A stretch of DNA of 64,000 nt, taken from contig ADNK01002953.1 in NCBI GenBank assembly GCA_000320545.1, forward strand, positions 1-64,000, in the 5' to 3' direction. The DNA is from Bigelowiella natans CCMP2755 (taxonomy: Eukaryota; Protista; Cercozoa). Below, piece after piece: positions 26,035 to 36,783 of this stretch (position 1 is the stretch's first letter; each line of letters begins with the position of its first letter). The notes under the pieces are model-generated. The model did no database searches. It was not told the DNA's origin and worked only from the letters and a program-made list of their open reading frames with translations. A program made the translations under genes and the position numbers.

Positions 26035-28144
26035 GCCCCCCCCACCACCTGATGATGATATCTCCTTTGGCCTTGTTTGTCATCAGAATTCGAGCTTTCC
26101 CCACCCTACCAGCACACGTATAACGTTTTCAAGGAGTCACATTTAAATTCGCCCTCCCCCCACCCCCTACCACCAGGCACTTGCACTTCGTAATACCACA
26201 TATCCTGGTAGATCTTGACAGGGGGTGGGAAATGCAGGTAGGTCACCGCAGGAACGATTGAGCCCGTTTTGCTCATATTATGCAGCCTACAGAGCAGCAA
26301 CGTCTGATGACTATGTGATGATCGCAACGGGGATGATGGTGATGGTGATGGTGATGGTGATGGTGATGGTGGGGAGGCGACACGGAGGGGGGGGGGGGAG
26401 GAGAAAGCAAGATAAGAGAGTCTTGCGGAGAGCACCACCACCACCACAACCACCCCCACCACCTTTCGAAAAAGAGAGACTTGACAGGGCTAGAGTCGAC
26501 GATCTTGGAGAACCGAAGCATGAATTAGCATGGAGCGTCAAAAATTTGAAGACGATTAGGAGTGAAAGGAGACGAATTCATTGGGGGGAAGGAGGAGGAG
26601 GAGGAGGAGGAGGAGGAGGAGGAGGAATTCTCGGAAGGCAAGCAATCTCCCCTATTCGAGTATTCATCCACATGCACGCACGTACATACCAGAAGCTCCA
26701 TTCTATTTGGAGGATAGGTCGAGTAACGAACATTTAACCAGGTGTTTCGCTCCAAATGCCATTGTCCTATGATGTAAAGGGGGGGGGGGGGGGGGGGGGA
26801 ATGAGGGTTTTCTGCATGATAGCTTACAACAACGGTCTTTGGTGAAGAGAAGAACCAAAAGAGAGATTAAGCGTTTCTCCGATTATTCTCCACAGAAACA
26901 TATCATCAACATGATGTCTCCCATCCAACATCTGTTTCATTCGTCCTGGGAGTATAAAATGCTCGCTCTCCCCAACCCCCCCTTTCTGTCGATTGCGTCT
27001 TCGGCTACGGCATCCTCTAAGCTGATAGCGAAGATGCTGCAGGACTATTAAAAGTAGCAGCAGCAGCAGCAGCAGCAACGCTTTCTACTTCTACCTCGAA
27101 CAGCGGTCGTGATCGTCACAAAAGGAAGATTCTTGAAAGCCGGCCCGCCCCCCCCATGCATCGCATCGTTACCAACCCAAAATCTGGAGGGTGGAGGGCG
27201 GAGGGCGGAGGAAAGGACATTAGCATCGTCCGTTAGCTTGAGGTGTGTTATCTTTATGATAGTGTGGTTAAATGCTCGCCGTTTTCATGGCAAAAAAACA
27301 AAGACACGCGCTTCCCCTAACCCTCCCCATCCCCATCCGCCTTTTTTCTTTCCTCTCACAAGCAGAACCCTGATGAATCTGGTACGATGCATCCATAGTG
27401 AGGTGCCTGTGTCACACAATTTTTGGCGACAGAATGTTAGATGGATAACCACATCATAGAAGCCCTTTTACTCAGAGCGGAGTGATTATTGGGAATGCAC
27501 GAACACCTCCTTGATTGGCCATGGCATTGCGTCCAAATTGGTCGTGGCTTCTTTCACGGCAATCCTCTCCCTCCTCTCCAACTCCTCGATGTCAATCCGA
27601 GCCTCTTTTCGCTCGCGCACGTTGTCTCCGACCAGTGATTTATCCTCGATATGCGTTAGTGCATGCTTAGTCCCATAAACTCCTCCCTCGTCGTCTACGA
27701 ATAATCTCTGGAAAATTGTGAAGTCGCTGATTACGGTGTAGAACGCAAGGCAGAACACCTGGGGAGGGGGGGAGGAGAGTCAGCGGCGCGCTTCTACAAT
27801 GGTAACGTGGTTGATAACTGCGCTATGGCTAATGTCCCACGTGCATCAGGCGTGTATCATGCGTGGTGGCAGAGGCTGCGTGTGCGCAAGTCGTGCAGGG
27901 GAGTAATTAGCAACCGCTGAGACGATGAGTAGTAGCCTTCGGTATCTTCGCCAATGAAGGCAGCATGTAATACTGCACCCGCAGGGTCGTGCTGTTGCTA
28001 CTTCTGCTGCCCTATTTGGTTCGAAACCAGAGGGGGATGTATTTTTAGGACGAGGTTTGTGCTTGGGGGCTTCCTTCATCGATGTAGCCGGGTTTGGCAC
28101 CTGCAAGAGAGTGGTCGTTAGATCTGGCAAGGTTTGTCTGCGGG

Positions 28145-28210
<66 letters not shown>

Positions 28211-28348
28211 TGTCAACTATGATTCCACACGCATGGTTGTCATCATTCCAGCGATCGCTAGCTTCTTAGCCCAGCGCGGTCGCGGACATCTTTGACACAA
28301 TCTTCCCGATATGATTCGTGACCTTTTCCCGCGACGCCCTGCGATCAT
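20877..28348 (-). CDS. Large gene with more than 20 small exons; type II membrane protein, possibly a glycan-modifying enzyme with Cys-rich C-terminal modules
   Basis: Signal anchor WRRYRRLLLIVSA|VFCLAFYTVISDF. Phase-consistent run TMTPGGTFHIT|GMLNSAGVGGHHIAYKKKMECRWHPT|GSSEEIGVFGCAQ|GRKTFLRIEEVPLNVAMIK|VTNPISITNQIFYVAREIFTPLSTYDWYNYLKASQDA|YDVVHRLLRP (24850-23400). Possible CNICKKHAKCTVFEY...C near 21800. Both ends and the function are uncertain. Confidence 0.55.
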
Positions 28349-29116
28349 CGCTCGTGCCTGCTCGGTCTGCCTGCCCGGTCTGCCTGCTCGGTCTGACTGC
28401 TCGTCGGGAGCTCAAAAGGATTCTTAGGCAGAGGAACGGGATTCACTGCTAATACCGGGTACACTTCATTAAAATGTAGGCCAATTATGTAGGAGCGACA
28501 CTGAGAGGATCGCAATGCGTTGTCGTCGTCCATAAAAAGGCCTCTCCTTCATCACTCACTGATCGCATCAGAGGCCACTCGTTCATTTGCGGCTCGGTAG
28601 TGAGACAATGAGGCAGACAGACAGGAGCAGGCCGTAATTATCGGGATGAATTTTGGCCCAGAAAAGCACCTCCGATTGCCCAATTTTGTTTGCGAGACTT
28701 CGTTGTGCGCTCTCTTTGGGAGTGCTTGCGCCGGAGCGTGTTTGCAGCGGATTTGCCGTGGTGTAATGGGGGAAACCGCCGAAAACAGGGCGCAAAACGT
28801 GAGAAAAACACGAGACGCATCAAAATTGCAAACAAACAAAAATAATCGGTCACATTGTTGCCCAGAGACTAAAAAAAAAGAGTACCGAGGCCTACCCTGA
28901 GTCAGTCAGTCGAAACGCAGGGCGTTTAGGATCAAACTGGGCTCCAAAACCGACTCAACTGCACAAAATGCGCGCGCGCGAGAAATTTGGGTTCGCCTCG
29001 CTGTGCTCGAACATCGTCACACCGTCCAGAACGCGCGGAGAGAGTTGATTGAACGAAGGCCTGAGCGGGCGGACTGGAGCGAATCCTTGCAAACTGCTGT
29101 TACCGACATCTTCTCG

Positions 29117-29684
29117 ATGATGTCTGCTAAGAGAACCAAATCCTCGACAAAGCTCGAAGAAGTCGTATATTCTATGGAAGCTGTACCAGCCGTGTCTCCC
29201 AGGTGACCGCCCTCCTGATAGGCAGGAGGGGAGTCAATTGAATAATTGCGTTGTTAAGTATACTCTGCAGTGTAGTGTTGATGATTCTTGATTGTGCGAC
29301 ATGTTGCAAATAAATAGAGGGACTTGGAAACTCACTGTGACGAAGAATTGCGAGCTTGTTATGGAGCAGGGTAGGGAGAAACTGAGGATTCCAATGCAAA
29401 ATGTGCGGCAGACGCTTGGAGTAATCGACCGGGAACGATGTCACAAGTTTGTTGCACTGGAACTGAGAAAATCAATAAAGCTGGGTAACGATCATTACGT
29501 GATCCTCTTGTTTAAGTTCTCGAAAAAATGCCCCCCAAAAGTTGTGTGGGATAAAACTGCTAGCTCATTTCCGTTTGTTGAAAAGCTAAGAGGAAAGCAT
29601 CCCTCAGGCCTGCTGACCTCGACCTGGAGGGCAATTCGAAAAATCCAAACCAGGAATTGTATCCATGCATACGTGGGTAGCTAG
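29117..29684 (+). pseudogene. Truncated SSRP1/POB3/Rtt106-like PH-fold gene (single PH domain)
   Basis: Exons 29117-29202 and 29318-29684 give EEVVYSMEAVPAVSPR|GTWKLTV...LRIPMQNVRQTLGV...HKFVALELRKSIKLGNDHYVILLFKF, resembling the first PH of the SSRP1 middle domain. No second PH is visible and the gene runs into a TA-poor block. It may instead be a functional short gene. Confidence 0.5.
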
Positions 29685-30344
29685 AAACATATAAATAGTG
29701 TGTGTGTTTCCCATCAGTGGTTGTGCATGGTTGGCGATGACATTTGCTTCCACGTCGAGGCTAGCTAGTTCAATTCGACATCTAGCATGGAAACTTGTCA
29801 TGACTTGTGCCAAATTGTGTCAAGATGACTTGTGCCTCCACACTAGCGATCTCTTTGCTTGCACGTGCCCCTGCATTTAAGCATTCCTCGCAGGCACTTC
29901 GATTCTTCCTGATCACAGTGGCACAGCTGGTCGCATAGAGCAGCCAAAGAGTGCCCATACCATGTCATGTATCTTGTAGTGCGTAGCCTGTAATATTGCA
30001 ATGATGGAGAGCAATTTGACGCACACCACGTAGCGCTAGAGCGCCGAGCGTGTAATCATGATGACAGCCTTGCGACATCCTTGCAAATGCGCTGCGCAAT
30101 GTTTGTGATGTTGTTGCCACATCGTAAACAAATAGCCAACTCAATTGGGCTTGTCACACAGGTTGTTTTGTTCGGAGTATTAACCAGTGAGACGTGCTCA
30201 CATGGCTGTACATAGCAAACCCTTTTTGATGGATCGACAAACCGAAAATCGGCGTGTACCACATCGACACTCAGTGCAGCTGCTGTCGACAGCCATGATG
30301 TTAAACCACATATCTGAAGAGCCATGCATGGCAGTCGTTTAGTA

Positions 30345-30590
30345 AGATTCATCGTCGTGCTAGATTCATCAAAATGCATGGCGAAAGAGCCCTATTTAAA
30401 ACATGATCAACTTCCCAGAAATTCATGGATGCGGGATGTGTTTGGTAGCAAAATAACACCTACGTTCACTTCCTGTGCTCTCATTTCGTTCATGTCACCA
30501 ACATCGCATGTTGCACGTGCTGTGATGTGACCATGTTCCTCAAGATGCCACTGAGAATTTTGTAATGTGAAGGAAATTACATGGTTTCAC
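30345..30590 (+). repeat. Diverged duplicate of the 3' exon/intron segment 7690-8030
   Basis: Shared GTGCTAGATTCATCAAAATG, CAGAAAT..ATGGATGCGGGA, CTACGTTCACTT.CTGTGCTCTCATTT, AACATCGCATGTTG..CGTGCTGTGATGTGA, CCATGTTCCTCA. About 110 bp is missing relative to the first copy and the reading frame is broken. Confidence 0.85.
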
Positions 30591-30716
30591 ACCCAGGATA
30601 TGCTATTTACAACGGCGCCTAACTTGACGCGAACTGATTCACGACCCCCCTCCCTTCCACATCATTCATTCGTTCCAACGCTAACATCTCCGCTATCGCA
30701 AAGTCTGAGGTCGGTA

Positions 30717-31264
30717 TCACGAAAGCACCCCCGAGGTGTGGAGGAAGAAGGTAACCCAGGCACTGGAAGGAGTAGAATCAAAATGCAGCACCGACCCAAG
30801 ACATCAGCAAACACAACTCAACAGCAGCGATATAACAACACTAGTAGCGATCAAGTGCACTTCACGAATAGACTATAACCTTACGGGGACGATGGACATA
30901 GCGTATATCTTAAGCAGCAGCCGAGCAACCTTCTGCGCCTCTGCAGGCTTATCCAACACCTATGCACCGTGCAGCATGTCAAAAGGGGAAGCGGGAGGAG
31001 GAAGGAAAGGTGAACGATGACGATTTGTATTTGTCGTCGCGTTGTAGAGGCCTACTAAAACAACAACAACAACAACTACTACTACTACTACTACTTCAAC
31101 AGCATGTGTACCTGCAAGATCGTTACTGAGTTCTGAGCCGATGGCATTGCGGATTGTAGGAGCAAAACGAAGATGAGGATCTGTTTTGGATGTGGCAGTA
31201 GTGTCTTGTGTAAGTAACGTAATGACGGCGTCGATAGGACCTTGTGCAAGTGCATGTACGTGCG

Positions 31265-31301
<37 letters not shown>

Positions 31302-32145
31302 ATATATATATATATATATATGTGTGTGTTGATACCGGGTCATTAGCAATTAGACCTACAAATATATAGATATATATTATTTATTTGTATATTTATGATG
31401 TGTATGTGTGTGTGTATGTGTGTGTGGCGAGGGGGGGGGGAAAGAGAGAGGGAGAGAGAGAAATTTAAAGTAGGCGGGGGGGAGGGCGGGGAGGGATAGA
31501 TTCAGGAGAAGAATAAATAACCAGTCTTGACAGCAAAGTTTACTGCGAGAAGCGACGTGAACGGCACCAGCAAAAACCTACCATATGCCTTCTATATAGT
31601 GGCGGTGATGGTGACGGTGGGTGTGGTGGGTATGGCAAGAGCAGTATGATAAAGCACTGAAATAATCTCTCCTACCTGGAGAGAGCTATGAGACCCAGTC
31701 TCCGCTTATTCTGTATTACAAAATACTGTCAGGCTAACAACGAGAGGGATAGAGGGGGGGGGGGGGGGGGGGTTAGAAGAATTTATAATGATCCATTAAT
31801 TACCCCTACAACTTCCACGGCCGCGTCGCTGCTCTTGTTGGCTAGAGGAGGAGGAGGGGGAGGGCGCTTCTGTGCCATTGTACCTAATTAGAGTTCAGCG
31901 TGAAATCGTATATTCACACGTATTTAGCTGCTATATATATATATATATATATAAATGTATATATCTCATTTTTGTGTGTGTGTGTGTGTGTGTGTACGCG
32001 CGCGCCACGTTTGCATGAGGTTCCTGATCATCGTCGGATGCACATGCTATTACCCGCCAAAACAAGGACAGAAAGAGGAATACTGCCTGTAAATACATAA
32101 AAATATGTATACGTTTGATAGCATACGCGCGCGCGCGCGCGCGCA

Positions 32146-32184
<39 letters not shown>

Positions 32185-32771
32185 ATACCCATACCCACGC
32201 CGGATGGCGATGACAAGTCAGCAGCAGCAGCAATCAATAACAACATGCTCAGCAGCACGTCCTATACCGAGAGCCATGTTCCGCATCCCATTCGCAATCA
32301 TGCCGAGGGGGGCGACGTATCCTGGAGGTGATGATGATGGAAACAACGATGTTTGTTGATGAAGGAACGAGAGGCGGTTGGGCAGCGAAGGAGGAGGACA
32401 ACTACTACCTGTTGCTGCATTGCTGAGAAACAGATCTCGAATTGGATGCACGACTCCTATGGGGGAGCAAAGACACGTACATGAGAATAATAAACAAACT
32501 ATAGAATAAATATATATTTATATTTATATTTATATTTATATATATTTATATAAAGGCACTAGTGAACTTCGGCTAAAATCAAGATCAAAGAAAGCTACTC
32601 ATCACCCTACTATCGTCAGCATCAGCATTGATTATGATTCCCTTTCCCCCTATTTCTATTGTTCCGACCGATCAGCACTCCAAGCAGGCATCTAGTCACG
32701 GCCACCGGCAAAATAGGAGGAGGGAGGGGGGGAACCAGCAGTTGAATGCACATGCAAGCAAAAAAGACCAG

Positions 32772-32815
<44 letters not shown>

Positions 32816-33779
32816 GGGAGGGGGGGGAGGAGGAGAGGGTATGAGGAGAAGCGTATGTATGTGCCTCTAGCGAGAGCGTGTCGATTTTGTAATCGCGTAA
32901 CAAACAACAACAGCAACAACAACCTACCCCGCAATCGGTGGGTTCGTCAAGATCATCTCCTTCACCAGCTCCATGATCTGATGATTGGAAAAGGCAGAAT
33001 GCGTTGAATCATCTCCCCCACTCCCTCTCTCGCTCTCACTCTCTCTCTCTCTCTCTCTCTCCCCCTCTCCCTCAGAATGATGGTTTCCATCAAAGAGCTA
33101 CCTTAAGGACACGTGAAACAGCTCTCACTACTGCTGATCGTAAGAGGCCGCTCCTTCCACCACCCCCGTCATTATCATCAGCATTCTTTCCTCCTCCTCC
33201 CTGCTGCAGCTGCTTGTCTATCGCCCCTCCCCCCCCTTCGCCTCCTGACATTAGATGCTTTCCCAGGCTCCAAAAGAGAGGGGACCATCCTGCAGACGAG
33301 AAAACAAAAATAAGAGCGGGAGGAGGGCAGAGGGGGAGGGAAGGGGCTACGGTAGAAACTTAGGGGCATCTTTCCTTATATCATGAGAGTCATACCAAGG
33401 AGAAATACAGCTGTGAGAGCTGTTGCGTGGTCGAGCTTATCGATATCCGCTCGGAACAAAGTGTTGATAAATGCTATCGGCAGCACCCCTGGATAGAAGA
33501 CGGAGAAGAAAATCAGAGGAGGGGGTGGAGGGGGTGGGTGGGAGAGCTTGGAAACCATGTTCATTCAGCAGTAAGCATGCAAAACCCAAGCGTACGCAAA
33601 AACGAGTTGTTGAGGATGCGGTGCGGCGGTGTCATCTTCAAATTAGCAATGATGGATGCAGCGCGCACCTGAATTCTGGAAGGACGAAAGCACTTGTGCT
33701 ATCTGTGTTGGAGGCCCAGATTCACTCATGTTATTCCTCGTTTGGATACATCTTCCTCCCCCCAGCCCCTCCCTCCCTC

Positions 33780-33850
<71 letters not shown>

Positions 33851-35774
33851 TACACAAGTTCCGAATCGCGGCTTCCAGCTCACAAAAAAAACAAGATATG
33901 GAGAAACGCCTGAGACGCCTCCTCTATCATCATTTAAGTAGTGGTTCCATGCATAGCCTGAAAGCGTATCGGCGAGTACCTTTCCTTGCTCTGATTGGAT
34001 TGGAACGCCGACCTACGTTCGGAATAGGGGAGGCAGAGGGTGAGGGGTGGGGGTAAGACGAGCACTCTGTCATTCGTATACGTTTGATCGAGCTTAGCAT
34101 ACGCCGCTGATGAGTAAGTGTGGGTCTTTACCAATTTCAGCACAAATCGGCTCAGTAGCAAGCCTCCAAATACCTTTTTCACACACACACAAACACGCGC
34201 GCGCGCACACACACACACACACACATAGACACACACAAATACACAGAGGCAGACAGAAGAGCATGCTCTTATCGCTCGGTACTTTTCTTCTCCTTCGTGC
34301 CCCTCTTCCAAGTCGTAATCAATATACAATAGTATGAGGAGAAGACGTAGAGTAGCAGCAGCAGCAGCAGCAGCAGCAGCACTAGCAGATAAGAAGTGGC
34401 CTCAACAAGTACCTGCATCATGGCAAAGAGTGGGATCTGACCAGCATATTAGCACCAAAAACACACCTCCAGTTTAGATCAACATTGATAGTAGTATTCC
34501 AGCATACAACGTTCCTTCCTCCTTTCCATCGCCCCCCCCTCTTTCGATAATTTGTTACCCTCCCAGCCTGCAACGCTAGAAGTCATGCAAAGGGTAATGC
34601 TGATAGCCCTTCAGCCCTCCCCCTTCTTCTTAAGTAGTACGTACAAACGACCGGAATCAGCGAGCCGATAGGGTTGCTAGCCACCGTCCTTGCAACGCCT
34701 GGTTTTCAAATCAAAATGGCGCGTTCGTAGGCAAATCACATAACATATAATGAAAGCTAATGAATCCAGGAGAAATCGATGAAGAGGAGGGGCAGAAGGT
34801 GTCGAGGAAGGAAGAGAACATGTTTACTAGTGCACAACAGGGCCGGCAGAAAGATATTGAAGACCGTTCTACACATTTGGAGGGGGGGGAGCGGGGGGGA
34901 AGGGAAGAAAGGGATACGAATTTCTGTCAGTATGAGTGTCCAAGACCGATCATAAACAGAGCAAATCGTTTCAAGTAAGCGGGATGATGAAAATTTTGTT
35001 GACGCGGCTTACAACCTAGACAAGGCGGGAAGAAATTTGCTGTCCAAAAGACCAACTCTTACTGCAGCATACCCAAGGCCTATCTGTTTGGAGATAATGC
35101 GTGAGCAGCTCATTTACGTAACCGCTCCACATATGCGCACAGAACTCTGTTGTTGCTGTTGATGATTAGCACATCGTTTATTAGGCTTGCTACCTGTGCG
35201 AACAGCTCAGACATCGCAGAAATAGACGTCTTCATCACGATTGGATCCACCACCTACGATGTCAAGCACATTGATTACGATGTCAAGCACAGTGATTGTA
35301 AAAGGAAACAAATGGCAGATGTCAATTATTTGCGCTGTTGACCATAGAGACAGCGCCCGGAGAAACGATCGTCTTCGCCCTTCTTCGCGTCTGCTCTGCA
35401 CCAATGTGAAGCCTCGCAACGATACCGCGCTGGCTACTATACGGCAGCGAGTGGAATGTATTGGCCCTAAGCCTGCTAGACCCTTGGCAATCGCATCTAT
35501 CAAATCCATCGTGCGCCCAGAATGGAGAACTGGCTCTTCTAGTCGCTTTTGAGGTTGTTCGAGAGAAAATTGCTGATGCCACTGCTGTTACAGCTTCCCT
35601 TCCTTTTGACGGAGGGGTGGGGGATTGAATAAGGACTGTCGGGAAGGGATTCGACGCCATCGGTAATGTTGCAGCGGCTGCTTCGGCAGCTGGCGAAACC
35701 GCCAAGATCAGGCAACCCCACATCATGGTAGCCATCGCTTTTGTGCCCGCCTCCTTACGGCCAACAACCCCCAT
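30717..35774 (-). CDS. Auxin efflux carrier (AEC / PIN-LIKES family) transporter with bipartite plastid-targeting-like leader
   Basis: Exon 1 35774-35343 has a hydrophobic segment MMWGCLILAVSPAAEA then an S/R/T-rich stretch. Spliced VVDPIVMKTSISAMSELFAQ|IGLGYAAVRVGLLDSKFLPALSR|TVFNIFLPALLCTS|VARTVASNPIGSLIP|IPLFAMMQ|VFGGLLL, then NSG|VLPIAFINTLF, then RFLLVPFTSLLAVNFAVKT|GLIANDP|ILIFVLLLQSAMPSAQNSVTILQ (31180-31112)|VLDKPAEAQKVARLLLKIYAMSIVPVS|AWVTFFLHTSGVLS*. Confidence 0.88.
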
Positions 35775-36009
35775 TGCACATGCCTGAGTACCGATCCAAA
35801 GTAAAGATGTGCGTCGGGCCCTTCCAAGAAAGGAATGAGCGGCCTGGTTTGGGAGGGGGTGGGGTACTCACTGATCGTCCACGTGTCGTCGGCCTCGTAG
35901 GAGAGGGTTGTCAAAGCCATCACCTGGCTAGCATTTTGACCCGAAAAATACCGTCGGAACACGGTGGAATCTCCCACGGATCTCTGCCGCAAAACAAGCG
36001 TGTTTCTCG
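35775..36009. promoter_or_regulatory. Putative bidirectional promoter region (235 bp)
   Basis: Divergent start codons at 35774 (-) and 36010 (+); positional inference only. Confidence 0.4.
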
Positions 36010-36291
36010 ATGGCGACATCCACATCTCAACGTCGCAGAGTCCAAAGCCACAGCAAGCACGTGTCAGGTGCCAGGTGCCAGTGTGTGTTTGTGTGTGTGT
36101 GTGTGAGTGGGCGCTTCAAAGAGGCATGCATCATCGATCTAATCGTCCAACCCCAGCAACGCTGCTGTATGCAAGTCGACATGTTTAACTTTGTGAGCAT
36201 AGGGGAGAGAGATGGCCATAGAGATAGATGAATGACCCAAGAGAGGGATAGGTTTGGCGATATACATTCAGGCATATTAAACACATACACA

Positions 36292-36327
<36 letters not shown>

Positions 36328-36340
36328 ATAAACATATATG

Positions 36341-36377
<37 letters not shown>

Positions 36378-36577
36378 CGTACATATATGTGTATGGTGTG
36401 CTTGGACACGACAGATCATATCAGGAAATACGAGACTCGCGGCGGCAACAACCAACATGCACAGATCTGTCACTGAGGTCACCAACATTCAACGAACAAA
36501 CGCTGCTGCGTGCAAGTCTATATGTGTATATTGGCGATAGAGGACATGTTCACAGATGAAAAAAATGGAGAGAGAAA

Positions 36578-36659
<82 letters not shown>

Positions 36660-36729
36660 AAGATATGGATAAATTTTACACAGGCATATTTTATATGGTG
36701 TATGTATGCGTATCTGTACTAATATGTAC

Positions 36730-36783
<54 letters not shown>

